A stretch of 64,000 nt of DNA from Antedon mediterranea (lineage: Eukaryota > Animalia > Echinodermata), in assembly GCF_964355755.1 (NCBI RefSeq), contig NC_092676.1:6053888-6117887 (forward strand), written 5' to 3'. The notes below the pieces were generated by a model. That model saw only the letters and a list, made by a program, of their open reading frames with translations. It was not told the origin of the DNA and made no database searches. Shown in pieces: positions 35,785-48,900 of this stretch (within the stretch, counting starts at the first letter, position 1; the number at the start of each line of letters is the position of its first letter). The translations under genes were made by a program, and so were the position numbers.

Positions 35785-35876
35785 TTAGACCATTTATTTA
35801 CACACAACAGGATAAATACAGATTCTACGTGGGACAAGCGGTTTTCAGCCTACCGTTCGTCTGTGTAAATTGGACT
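35668..35876. mobile_element. MITE (TIR AGGCCAATTTACACAGACGA) carrying an (AGAT)n microsatellite
   Basis: ~20-bp TIRs; about 11 AGAT units at ~35739-35784. Confidence 0.7.
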
Positions 35877-36042
35877 TATAGGAGATAACCCTCATTTCGG
35901 TCATCCCATTCATTAGGCCTATACTTCGATGTACAAATATACAATGGACAAAAACAATAACATTCCTTTTCAGAGCTCTTTAATGTATTTTCAATAACGT
36001 ATGAAGTTTGGTTGCCAATTGGACGCAACGCACTGATCGTAA

Positions 36043-36217
36043 AGCTTGGTTCCCACTAGCGACGCAACACAAGGACGTAACGCAATGCAAGCGAATTGAC
36101 CAATCACAAGCGATGGCTTATTCGCTTGTGATTACTGTCTATAACTTCGCTTGTCATTGGTTAAAACGCTTGCGTTGCGTTTACGTCCTTGCGTTACGTT
36201 CTAGTGGGAACCAAGCT
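36043..36217. mobile_element. MITE family B, nested in an older related copy
   Basis: Full TIRs; flanks 36004-36040 and 36220-36266 resemble a diverged family B element. Confidence 0.85.
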
Positions 36218-36269
36218 TTAGTGAGTTGGCCAATCACAAGCGGCATTTCGGACTATTCATCGCGTCTAA

Positions 36270-36448
36270 AGCTTGGTTCCCACTAGAACGTAACGCAAGG
36301 ACGTAAACGCAACGCAAGCGTTTTAACCAATGATAAGCGAAGTTATAGACAGTTAGCAATCACAAGCGAATAAGCCATCGCTTGTGATTGGTCAATTCAC
36401 TTGCATTGCGTTACGTCCTTGTGTTGCGTCGCTAGTGGGAACCACGCT
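36270..36448. mobile_element. MITE family B
   Basis: Full TIRs, TAA on both flanks. Confidence 0.85.
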
Positions 36449-36735
36449 TAAGTGGGTCAAATAATTTCCGGTGTGATTATTCCTTGCTTGTGTTTCGTCC
36501 AATACAAGTGGGAAAAAGTTTATGGAAACCCACCCACACGTCATAGAAGATAAAAATGTGAGATTGCCCCCTCTATTGTTTGTATGTTGATCAAGTTGGT
36601 GATGACACTCGGGAAGGTTACATGAATCGAATACTGTACATATAAAATAATTATACATTAACCTTTAATTAAAAAAAATTATATTAGCTTAAATTAGGCT
36701 ATACTCTACTACAACACAATACTGATTTACTTTAA

Positions 36736-37091
36736 AGATGTATTATTTTCCCCCTGAAAAAAAAGTTATTTAAATTTTTTTTGCTGAATATGCCATTTTA
36801 ATGTCACATAATACATTAATAGTTATCTACTTTGACCAAAAATTAGATCGAAAAACAAATTATTTACCTGAAAAATGTAAATTTAAGAAAAAAAATAGTC
36901 AAATTGGCTGCCAGCCAATGGATTTTTGGTTGAATTTAACCATTTATTATGTTATTTTATAAGTGAAAACATAATTTTTTCTGGTTTTTTTTTTCTACGC
37001 ATAGTGATTCACTTAAAACTACAAAATAACCTATTGAAAGTCTGATTTAATTAATCTTCATTTTTTCATGTTTTTGGGGGACAATACATAT
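36736..37091 (+). mobile_element. Non-autonomous DNA transposon family J (TTAA flanks)
   Basis: TTAA|AGATGTATT..CCCC...GGGGGACAATACATAT|TTAA; diverged inverted copy at 55977-56312. Confidence 0.7.
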
Positions 37092-37545
37092 TTAAGTAAC
37101 GTACCAGCTAGTGATAAACAATGTGTTGCTTTGGTTACCTGGTGATAGACCCGATAGACACTTCGCTGCTTTTGGTAAGCCCCTCAGACAAATCCAGGTA
37201 TTGCGTTTATAATTAAGAGTTCGTGCCAATGGTAATTGTACTGTGATTTTCCTATCTTGTCTACATATATACCTTTGGTTAAAACCTCATAGATGTTATC
37301 TGCTGCCCACCGCTTTTCAAGACTGATTCACATCCGACCACCTGATCCTTGTTTGCCATTTTCCAATGTGTTTAATTTTATTTTTTTAACAACGTTGTGG
37401 TTTGGAAAGCCTTGATTAAATTAAATTTAATAAAATATTTATTTTGAAACTGTTTTTTTTTTTTATTTTCGAGTAAATCCTTTTAAAAGATCGATTACTT
37501 TATTATTATAATGTAATTAATGCATTTCGAAAATATGGCCATTAA

Positions 37546-37724
37546 AGCTTGATTCCCACTAGAACTTAACGCAAGGACGTAAACGCAACGCAAGCGGTTT
37601 AACCAATGACAAGCGAAGTTATAGACAGTTAGCAATCACAAGCGAATAAGCCATCGCTTGTGATTGGTAAATTCACTTGCGTTGCGTTACGTCCTTGTGT
37701 TGCATCGCTAGTGGGAACCACGCT
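37546..37724. mobile_element. MITE family B
   Basis: Full length, nearly identical to 36270-36448. Confidence 0.85.
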
Positions 37725-37832
37725 TTATTTGATCTTACCGTAAAAATGTAACTACGTATGCGTACCCCGTTTAATTTGTTTAGGGTATACTCGAATCAGA
37801 TAAATATATATTTAAACACAAATCATTTTTAA

Positions 37833-37977
37833 AGCTTGGTTCCCACTAGCACGCAAAGCAAAGTAAGCCGCAATTAATTTGACCAATCACAAACGATGGA
37901 TTTTCTGAACTGTCGCTTGCCATTGGTCACCTCGCTTGCGTTGCGGTTACATTGTCTTGTGTCTCTAGTGTGAACCA
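37833..37977. mobile_element. MITE family B, degenerate
   Basis: AGCTTGGTTCCCACTAG..CTAGTGTGAACCA. Confidence 0.65.
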
Positions 37978-39047
37978 TTGTTTGGTCTTAAAAAACTGAT
38001 GATGGTAATTATAATAACTTATAACAATGAATCTCAAAATAATTTTATCGAATGCGAATGTAAGCTTCATTTAGCTTATATACTAAGAGGGGGATTATAA
38101 TACTTGGCTCTGTAGACGTCTAGCCATCCACGCATACGGTAATTTATATTAACAACATTTTGTTGTAATATTTTTTTTACGTTTAATTATTAAATTCTGT
38201 AAACCACACAATCGCTTACTGTATGTATTTGCAAAAGTGCTACATTTATACATTAAATTGTATTATTTAATGTTTATTTTATTTGATTTCTCCTACGTGA
38301 ACTTTGTCTCCGTGTGGGAATATCCAGACGCACAGTACCGTAATTCCAAAAGTATCGAGATTAACCTTTCGCCCCATCGCATTCCTACACATATTACCGT
38401 ACATCTTCCCTCAGTAGTCCACTTGAAGAGGTTTTCCACAAACCTTTTTTGTTTATTTCAGTTTTAAAAGACATGGAACTGAGAAGTGAAAAGTTCAATG
38501 AATCAACTGCTTACGACTTGCAAATGGGTTGTACTATTCGCGTCACGTGATATTATGATTTACAGTAGTTAATAGTAAACTAACGGGCCTTCGCGGTTGA
38601 AACTAAGCAACAGTTATTCTTTTCTAGAGTCAGTGATAGGCTGAGTTCCGTTCCTTTATGGACTATAAACTCGAATCAGTGGTGTTATAACCAACGCATA
38701 TTTGGACTCGGGAATAAAACGGCATTGTTTTCTAAAGAGGATAAAGCGATTAAGAGGATTTTTATAAAGAACAGATTGATATAAAACGTTGGATGCGTAT
38801 CATCTTATTCGATTAACGAATAGTGTTATATGTATGTTTTTGTGTTGAGGATTATCACATTTGTCTCTTTATACGGATAGCCTTTTTGTTGAAGTTGTTT
38901 CGCCTCTTTAATTAACCACCAGATTTTTTCTCCTCGAAATATCTGACGGTTTTTGGGCGTAGCTCGCAGTGTTCCTTTCAACGCACCACGTTTTGGCCTA
39001 CCTATTACTAGACGGTATCATAACTTATATCATTAACAGCTTTTAGA

Positions 39048-39201
39048 ATGTCTACGTCGGAGGGTGAAGAACCAGTGCCACCACCAGGACCTCAGCATAA
39101 TGCCCAATACTTAAAGGAGCTTTACAGTGATCAGACAGTCTTCAAATTGCAGCCTACACTTAAATCGTATTTTCATCATATAGAAAGATTACTAGATGAA
39201 G
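39048..39201 (+). CDS. QKI: First coding exon of a Quaking/STAR-family KH RNA-binding protein (Qua1 dimerisation domain); the rest of the gene is apparently beyond the window
   Basis: MSTSEGEEPVPPPGPQHNAQYLKELYSDQTVFKLQPTLKSYFHHIERLLDE fits the Qua1 pattern YLxxL..F.HxERLLDE. The phase-1 donor GAAG|GTGAGT follows ERLLDE, where I recall vertebrate QKI exon 1 also ends. I found no downstream KH exons. Confidence 0.7.
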
Positions 39202-39527
39202 GTGAGTTAATAATATGTTTATTTTGTTTTTTCTTACGTTTTGCGTCGATTTCGCCAACAAATAATCGCGTTTTTTTTGTCAGAGAACTTACTTTTTTAC
39301 GACAAATCCACAAATCCAAAACTGGAGCTTTTACGTCGACAGAAAACTAGCCTACTACTATTCTTTGACAATTTTACCACGAAATGTTACCACGTCGATA
39401 GCATAGTCAGTTGGATAACTGTGTTCCATTCTACTCTTACTGTATGCTATATTACTTAGCGTAGGCCAATATTTAGTATTGGTTATCATCAGCAGTGGAC
39501 TATAAATACGAAGCCTCTGGAATTTGT

Positions 39528-39661
39528 ACAGTAGAACCCATATATTGAGGAGACACCTTCGGGACACCACACCAGTGTCCCCTTATATAAGGATGACACG
39601 TCCGGGACCGTAGTGTTAAAACATTTTCCCCTCTGATGGCGTCCCAAAGGTGGTTTTCTAC
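39528..39661. mobile_element. Degenerate Tc1/mariner-like MITE (TACAGTAGAACC end; GGGACAC/GTGTCCC motifs)
   Basis: Related decayed pieces at ~4122-4520, 22165-22365, 23823-23990 and 42845-43042. Confidence 0.45.
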
Positions 39662-40520
39662 ACAGACAGGACTCTATATGGAAAATCCACCACTCACGGT
39701 GGTGTATAATAATATGACTATCATACGAAGTATTCTTCTTAAAAAGATCTCGGGGTTAGGCATACTTTCTCTTCTATTTACATGAAGACCTGTAGGCCCA
39801 TTATTATGTATCGGTAAATGTACCTTACCTACAGCGTTGGCTTGCAGGGGGTACTGGAAGACTGCAGGACTGTATCAATTGCCTTGAAGATATAATTCGT
39901 ATCTCTCGCTATAAGCAAACATCTTCTTCTGGATGGAGGAATCCTATTTGTTAGCACACACTGAAAAAGTGTAATAAGCAATTTGTTTCGGAGGGAATAG
40001 AAACTATAAAGTTATAAAACTCAATATGTTTTCTCTCAAGTATATATATAATATGTAATTGTTTCCACTAGCCCTACTACTAGAACTAAGTTAAGATTCG
40101 AACAAGTGCAGAATAACATAGTTCAGGATAGCAGTTAATTGTATTCTGATGCGTTCAAGGCTTACATCAGTCAAATCAATTTCCTACCATTTGGCCTATG
40201 TCATGCCGACTGTCAAGTGTGACTTAAGTTAATTGAAATCGTAGAAGCACTGAACAAGGCAATCGACCATAATGACTTGATCCTCACTCAGGTGATTTAT
40301 TTGGAAAATAAGAGTAGATATTTTAAGGTTATTTTTACAAAGAGCTTAATAATTTTTGATAGAGGTACTGTATCTTAGTTTTAATAGAGGTATCACTATC
40401 TTTGATTTTAATAGAAAGATCGTAGTTTATAATAGAGATATCTTAGTTTTTAGTATAGAGAGATATCTTAGTTTTTAATAGAAATATCTTAGTTTATAAT
40501 AGAGATATCTTTGATCTTAA

Positions 40521-41092
40521 AGCTCAGGTACAGGCATGAATTTTAAAGATAATATCTGGTTAATTGTACATAAATCAAATATTTGTAACAGAAATCAACA
40601 TGAATTTCCCTTAATATGATCAAATACAAAATTTGGCAAAATTCTGCCATAAAAACCAGGAAGACTTTTTTTCAGTAGTTAGTAGTTTAACCTAATGTAA
40701 TAACATGTCTGGTGACTCCCTAGAAGGTGAAAAAAGATGGTGGATATACGGTGGATAATTTTTGCTATAGTATGTAAATAAAAATCTGAAGTTGAATAAA
40801 ACTACCAGAAATGTAAAATTCAAGTTATACAGTATTACCTATATTTAGTCATCTGATAACATTTTTTACCACACCGTTTATTTTTTATAGCTTTTTAAAA
40901 TGACTCTCTATTTACAAAATTTGTGTACAAAAGAATAGAGATTTTACTGTGTAATTTGAACTATAAGAAAGTGCTTATTTTCAACAAGCTTGTGTAACAC
41001 AAATAAAATCCCAACAATTATGAAACAGAAACTATAGATCGATAATTATTGGAATGTATGATCAATAGAAATTTTTTGCCCGCACCTGGCCT
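40521..41092 (-). mobile_element. Family E copy inserted into a degenerate ATCTTAGTTTTAATAGAG array
   Basis: Reverse complement of 16721-17261, TTAA flanks; the host array continues on both sides (40340-40516, 41097-41240). Confidence 0.8.
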
Positions 41093-42746
41093 TTAATAGG
41101 GAGATGTTTTAGATTGTTAGTATATATCTTAGTTTTGGATAGAGAGATTCTAAGATTTTAATAGAGATATCTTAGTTTAGAGATCCTATTTTAAGATAAA
41201 AGTATCTTAGTTTTAATAGAGTTTACCTTAGTTTTCAACTTTTTTCTTATACTAGATATATTTATAATTCATATTTATTTGTTTTTTTAAACAGTAGCTC
41301 AATGGTTGCATAGGGGTTATTTCGCGGGTGCGGCGCACAAAGCATTTCGTTTGCGTACTGGTACTGGTTCAAATAACCGTCTCACAGAGACATCTGGTAG
41401 CCATTGACTTGAAGTTGGCATTTGGATGTGTTACTTTTAAATGTAGGCCTACAGTATGAGAGTGACTACTACCAAATTACACAGTCACAAAACAACTTAT
41501 AAAACAGTTCATATATACAGTTAAAACATTGCTGGGAATTATAAATTTCTGTTGAAGCAGGCTCTAATGAAGTTGCATCTAGTAAGTTGACTTTGTTGTA
41601 CAACTCTATCAAGTACTGATGGTATCTTCCGACCTCTGTATTCCAAAATAATCCCTACATGAAATAATTAAATAAGAATAAGAAAATTGGGTTTAAATAG
41701 TATACTATCTATGAAACTTGTTTTTAACTTACTAAATACACAGTATAGTAGTTCCGTAAATATGGAAAGTATAATAATTATTCAATTTTACAAATAAATA
41801 AAGAAATGCTGTAGAAATAAAGAAATACAATATCTGTACATTTTCAAGGAACTTGCATCGTCTGGTCAGCACATGTTTAAACATAATTAATATGATTTTC
41901 CTCCTAAGAGTGTGCTTAGTCATAGAGTTCTTAGAGTTGATTTGATTTGATTTGGAATTGAACATAAATACAAATCATGTAACTTATTTAATAATTCTCT
42001 ACGATAGAGCTCTTGTTTTGATGCTTTGACATTGTACAGACTCGTGCTTCAGTGCGATATCCCAGTTGTCCGACTGTTGTGAGTTTTAGTATTTAACCGG
42101 CCTATTTAATGTCCTAAAGTGTGCGAGTTGACAAAATGTGCTTAAAGTGTTTCAAGTGTACGAATGTCAGATGACTTGTGTGCGACGTATACCCTCTTTT
42201 GATGCCCCCAGCTTTACGATTAGTGTTTATACTCTATGAGTAATTATTGTTACATCATCATTTGTTTTTTTTATATCAACACAGACTTGTTATGAGAGAA
42301 TATACACTCCTACCTATATAAACATACATTGCAACTATTTAAAGAAACATGGCAAATTGCCCTTAATTTTGTTAGAGAAATTAAAGCTTATTACAATATT
42401 AACTAATATTGTTTTGAAATGTCAATTAGAAAATCTGCGAGACAAAAACAAAATCGGTGAAACCGAGACTCGAACTCGAATTCTTCTGGTTGCTTATTAT
42501 TAGACCACTAAAGGAATATACAGTAACCATGACTACATGCTAGTATACAGAATGAAGTTTACATTATAAATCTAATTGTCATGTTCCTTCGATTTGATTT
42601 CTTCGTTCTAAAAAAAATGATTTTAATAGAGGTCGTCAAAGCATATAAATTTAATTCATTTTTTATTGGTCCCAGCGTAACAAGAGAATTTTGATTTATA
42701 TCTGATTAAAATGTATACATAAAATTTGTTTTATTACAGTTTTATG

Positions 42747-42773
42747 CAGGGAGTTGTGTTTTACAACTCCCTG
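42747..42773. mobile_element. 27-bp minimal hAT-like element
   Basis: 11-bp perfect TIR CAGGGAGTTGT, flanked by the 8-bp direct repeat GTTTTATG. Confidence 0.65.
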
Positions 42774-44868
42774 GTTTTATGCGTTTAATATTCTAATATA
42801 GTACAATGCAGTTATTATACTATGATTACGGATTGAATAATTGAATAGAGCCGGCCTCTAATAACGGTACACCTTTGGGACCCAACCCAAAGTTAGTCAA
42901 ACCCCCTACAAAAGGTTTCTCTTAAACTGGGTTGAATTTAAAACGTTATATCACCCCTTCATGGGAAATTGCGCTTTTATAGGGGACGTCAGTAACTATA
43001 ACCCCTCCGCTGGGACACCCCTTTATGACGGTACGGTACTGTATTATAAACCTATTTTAAAACCGCAACTATATATTTTCAATAAAATATATGTTTGAAA
43101 TGATATAAACCAAGCAAATTGTAAACAATGGTTATGTAGAATGACTAACACAATTTAAAGCATTATCACGGTACCGTTGACCCAGAGGGCGAGCTGTCAA
43201 CAATTTACTCTCACTTCCGGCTCCCAGAGCCAAAAAACAAGTGGTACGCTGAAGAAACAAGGTCAGCGTATCTTGTCATGGACGCTCACTAAAGTTGTTC
43301 AATTTAAAAAACTTAGTCATAAATAATTAATTATTCATTCATGCGAATATCCCAAAATAGTAAGGTTGAATTATTTAACGGACCTTGTTATCCCGGAATA
43401 TACTAGAATCCACCCTTTTTGTTGACAATTTTTTATATACATACATACAATACATTATTTCGCCGTGTTTGAAGTATATAAACTTATAGTGGTTTTATAG
43501 GCTATTAACTTAGCAGCTTACTGAAATAATAGACCAAACATCAATCTATCAATCAGTATAAGATTTGTTATTTTCTCAATAAAATACGAAATACTTTTGG
43601 TCTTCTTCTTCAGAATAGTAAAATGTAATTCTTTCATCTGTTTCCGTCCGTTCATTTTACTTTATTCATTTTGTTGCTCTCTTTCTCGTTTTCCACATTG
43701 TTAGTTACCATCACCTAATTAGTAAGTTTTGCTAGTACAGTAGGCCTAGTAGCCCAACACGAGTATTCTCCCAACTTTGTCTTATACAGAGATGCATTTT
43801 TCTTTTTTAATTGAAAGCATACATATCATACTAACTATCGTATAAAATGAAATTCTATTTATAGCAAAATAATTCCATAGGAACATTAGAAATGTCTACC
43901 GATTTAAAAAGTATATGTAGAAGTGTTGCCTTCGAGGATTAAAATAATTTCCATGGAAAAAAAGTTTCATAGTCAAAGAATTTACAAAGGTTACTTTTTT
44001 ATCGAGTGTGTTTATATAGGAACCAACGTTTACCCAGCCACTGGCGAGACGTATACGGTATTTTAAGTAGTATTCACTATTTTAAAAACCTGATAAACCT
44101 GAGATAATTTCATTAAAAACTAGTTCATCAGAATATAAATTTGTAAAAACATAAATTTAACGTTTCTAACAGAACGGTATCCTGTGTAATCATTCATCCG
44201 TGACAAAGCGTTGATGCCGTTTTGACACCCGCGTGTACAAATGTTGAGATGATCATCCGTGCGTGACCAAGCGAGCATTCGTGAGCGCGCGCGTCCGGAT
44301 GTCGATGAAACTGTTTATCTATGCGCGCGCGTCGTTTAATCTGAGAAAAATTTTCAAAAAATGGTAATAGGCCTAGTCATATGAGAACAATTATACCCAG
44401 TGCCTTCTAACCATAAAATATGTACAAAATTGACGTATGAGGTATGTCGTCCCCTTGTGGTTGTTGGTAACATTCTTTCTAATTAAGTGGTTTGTTGCTG
44501 AACTATTAACCCGAACGTTTAATCACCTGAAATTTTAAAAAGACGTGTCGTCATCAGATATTTATTGAATTTCCTTCGCAATTAAAAAAAAGTTTTTTAT
44601 AGGGCCTAATGAAACAGGCAATCACAATCACAGACTGAGATCGACGAGAAACTCCGGTATGGAAAGCGGTTAAATGTTAAATATAATAAGTTTTTTGTAG
44701 GCCTGTAAAAGATAGAACAACAACGTAAGAATAATAGTACTAAGAAAATGTATTATGTTTTGATCATATAAATGGATCCTATATTCAGAATACTCAGCGG
44801 TAAAGATAAAACAAATTCAACGCGTTTCAAATATGGTAGTTATGTTCTGTGAAACTAATAATTCAACA

Positions 44869-45017
44869 GTCAATAGGTGGTATCTGAAAAACTATAGCAA
44901 GTCATAAACGTTGCTGTCTGCATAAATGCTGTACTTTAACACGTCGTACACTGTCCTGTAGTATGCAGACAGCAACGTTTATGACTTGCTATAGTTTTTC
45001 AGATACCACCTATTGAC
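44869..45017. repeat. Perfect 56-bp inverted repeat with 37-nt spacer
   Basis: 44869-44924 is the exact reverse complement of 44962-45017. Confidence 0.9.
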
Positions 45018-45784
45018 AGTAGCAGAATTGGGTGGTATCTTACAGCAGAGGTGTTTATTTAGAGCAGATTGGCCGACCAACAAAAAATAAAGAATAATTA
45101 GTTATACGACAATGATGATATTTAATCAAGAAGATACAAGACACAGCACAAAAAGTACATCTGGATATAATAAACGAAAACATCATAATAAAAAAGAAAA
45201 CATCGTGCTATCAAAATTTGATCTAAAAAACTGTCTACTTTAGTTTCCTGATTGTTGAAAAATACAATATGTTACATTTTTTATTTTATGGTATTGACGT
45301 CTAACAACTTTTTTTAATGTTACATTGCATGTTTTAAGATAAACATCGGAAAATAGAAAATTTCCTTTAAAATTAAAGATTACTCCAATTGAGGTCATAG
45401 ATAAACTAACAGTTAATTAAATTGAAGTAGAGAGAGCAAAGATTGATAAGGCCATTAACCCCCTAGGTCAAAAGTTGTTAACACGAAGGAAACCTGATGA
45501 AAATGTTGCCTGCAACAGTTGTTGCACTTTAATACTTATCTTAACCGTCTTTTTACTCCCCCTTATTGGCTTTCGTGGTTAACCACCACCTTTATCCATT
45601 CAATGCCATCGATTTTCTTACCTCTCTCTTTATCTTTCTTCTTTCTTCTCTTTTTTTTTCTTTTAAAACATTCATTCCGGATAAATACTTGTATAGGGTT
45701 TCTATTTTCCCCCAAATTTGACATTTTATATTTTTTTAAACATTTTTTATTGTATTTTCTGTTTGATCAATTTCCATGCTGAAA

Positions 45785-45915
45785 TCTCTGTCTACACTAT
45801 CAAACTTTATGTGACAAAAAATGTGATGTGTGCCCATATGGACCTGATGATGTCATATCACTACCATATTTAAGCATATCACACACCTTTTTTTCAGGTA
45901 AAGTTTGAAAGAGGC
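45785..45915. mobile_element. MITE family A, degenerate right end
   Basis: Left TIR and internal consensus. Confidence 0.65.
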
Positions 45916-48900
45916 TTTGCAGATCATCCTACTTGTTTTCTGCTGCATTTTTGTTATAACCAGTAAAAGATAAACATAGTAAATAATTATCTAATAGTTA
46001 CAGTGTAGTTTATTAAACTTAGTTAGGCATTTACAATACTAGAGCCAATAGTATCGGGCACTTGCAGTATTTATAGTTTTTCCGTATAGTAACATTAAAC
46101 AAGAATGGATCAATCCAAACTCAAATTTATTAGACAGAAGACTGTCGAATCACGTTGATATACTTTCTCAAATTGTGTTTACCATTTAATTTGTTTATTT
46201 ATACTATATTGCTTGGATATGCAGTGAGAATGGTTAATAAACATTTAAGAAACTCAGGCATAATTAACTCGAATAACTGAGAGAAAATAGTAAGCATGCG
46301 TATTCTGTATAAATGTGTCCGGCTTCCATTCTTTTACCAAAAGTCAATCGATGTATATGGCGCGCCATTACTTGAATAACTGACAGCTTGGTGCGCCATA
46401 GATGTATATTGACCACCGAAACGCCAAAGTATAATTATAACGCGCTAAACTGCCATTTATTTGTAGTACAGAGATATATAGTTTTTATAGATATATATAT
46501 CATCAGAGAAAATGACATCTTGGCGCGCCATACACGTTGAACAAACGAGTTAAATTCAATTGTAATATGTCTATTTGTGTGGTTGTTGGAAACATTTTAA
46601 AATTGAATAGATTTACTTTTCATCGTTTGTAATCCTTGTTGTCCAAAGGAAGTTATGAATCAACAAGTTTTGAGAGGGATTTAATTTGATTTGATAGTTA
46701 AACAAGTGCAGGTCAGTAAGAAAAAAAATGTCAGTAAAAAAGATTCAATAGATTTGCACACGAGCACGATCTTGAAACTTGAACAGTATAGCAAGAATTA
46801 TTATATTTTATGATTATTGTAGTTTTTTAATTCATTTTTCCCTACACCATTTGTTTTAATGTGTATAGCAGAACATACTGTATATTCAGATATTGATTTG
46901 GTTTTGCTCACTATCTAGCTGTTTTTAACATAGAAACCGCGGTCCCCATAGAGATCTGGTTTGATGTGTAGCAGCATCATTATTTTTGGATGAATAAAGA
47001 AAGAAAGAAAGATATGTGCATTTCGCTATACTTGGGCGAAAATGTTCAGTGATGGTTTTTTTTTGCTTATACTTATAGCGTTTAAAAGCTTTACTTTTGA
47101 AAGTATGATTTAGAAGTGCCTGACAGCTCTTGAAAAAAGGCAGATAAGAAAAATGTGCGACTTATTTTAGATCATACACACTTATTCATAAGGGTCTGGG
47201 GAATACATTATGTGGTTTAGTACCTGACTAGAATCGGATGAGGTACAACCTTAATATGAAAACCACGACAACATTACGTCATTAGAATAAAATAAACTTA
47301 CATGATCGTCTGTTTCTCGAGTGTTCATCAGCCAGTTTGTCAATTATTGAATGACTGGTAACTTTCGATTTATCCGCTTGTAATAAGAAGGTTTTCTCGG
47401 GTATAATGATAATATTGAAACAAGTCTCAGCCTGTGTCTGAATTAGCTAGCATATGCTTAATATAATAATGAGGAGAAACTGGCATACAGTGAGTAACAA
47501 TATCAGTTTAGAATATTTCTCGTAGAATAGATTAGAAGCCGTTTCTCGGTACTGTATTTCAATATGTACTGATCAAGGAAAATTCTGTGATACAGCATCT
47601 CATGTTTTCACGCTGCTGCTCTGGCCAGCTACGCTCCATGAGGACTACTCATTCATAAGTTAAATCAAGCAGCAGTTATATAAGGCCGACAGTTTTGCGA
47701 CTAAACTCGACTATAATTTGTAGATCCCAGTTGCTGGACCCAAAAAACGTCTGGGAAAAGATAGTCTATGAGGGCTCATGGTTGAACGATTTTGGATTCT
47801 CGCCCTTTGATTGGTTGACGCGAATCAACAGATTGTGGAAGATTTTCTCACTTGTACCACCATGAAGTAACGTTGTCTCTAGAGGGTATTCAGTTGCATG
47901 TCTGTTGAGTTCAAAATTGACCATTTTTAAATGGGCATGTGATTCATAATTGAAGAACTATTTTTGATTTGTATGTATTTCTGCGATTAAAGGAGACCTT
48001 TTTTAAAAAATAAATATATCTGAGGAAAGAACAATGATTAATTTTAAAATGTCGAGCAGAGTTTTTTGTAAGAAATATTTCTTGTTCATATTGTATTATT
48101 ATATTGTAGACTCAAAGTAACCTAACCCGTAAACTATCCTCCATTATAAAAGCATCACATGTGATTCATGTGACACTGTATTGCATAATTGCCCTTGATA
48201 CTGGTGTGGAGAAACAGTGTACAGAGAACCGGGCGCAGCAGCATCGAGCAGACTGAATTCAAACAGGCCTGACAAAACATCAGCTTTTCAGACGTTCTTT
48301 TGTATTGTTTTTAACAATTAATATTCCCATTGAATAGTAATAGTACGTAAGCCTAATTGTACTATACCTGAAATGTCTAGTCTAACTCATGTTAATTAAT
48401 TGTCTGTAGCAACGGACCTGATCGGTTACCGTCGTCTTCCGCTGCACCACGGGACTCAAATCTCCGACAACCGCCGAGACAGTTTATCTCCGCTTTATGT
48501 CAACATGGATTTCCACAATTTACACTAGAAAGAGCGTTACTGCTCTCAATAACCGACAGACAGACATTTCGTTAGTCAAAGATAATACACACTTTACGTT
48601 TGTGATGTTGATTGAATGTTCCGTAAACGGCCGTCGGCTTTATTAAGTGACTCACATATCTTTCTACGACCTTTCAGAATGACGAGGCTCAAAATTGCTT
48701 TATTACATGATTGTGTGCCAACGCGTCAACGATGTCTTAAAACGCACTCATTCACAATTGGCTTTAAATTAATCAAATGAGGTAATTTTATAGTGGTAAT
48801 ATACTGTGCGAGTGTAACAATTTAAATAATTTTTATGAATAGGCAATATCTACACAAAATTGGTGTATATGTGTGTAAAACCACTTTAGAAATGTGGATA

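Noticed and set aside
47305-47335. Second hammerhead-like CTGATGA..GAAA on the minus strand
   Set aside because: No credible stem II or stem I pairing.
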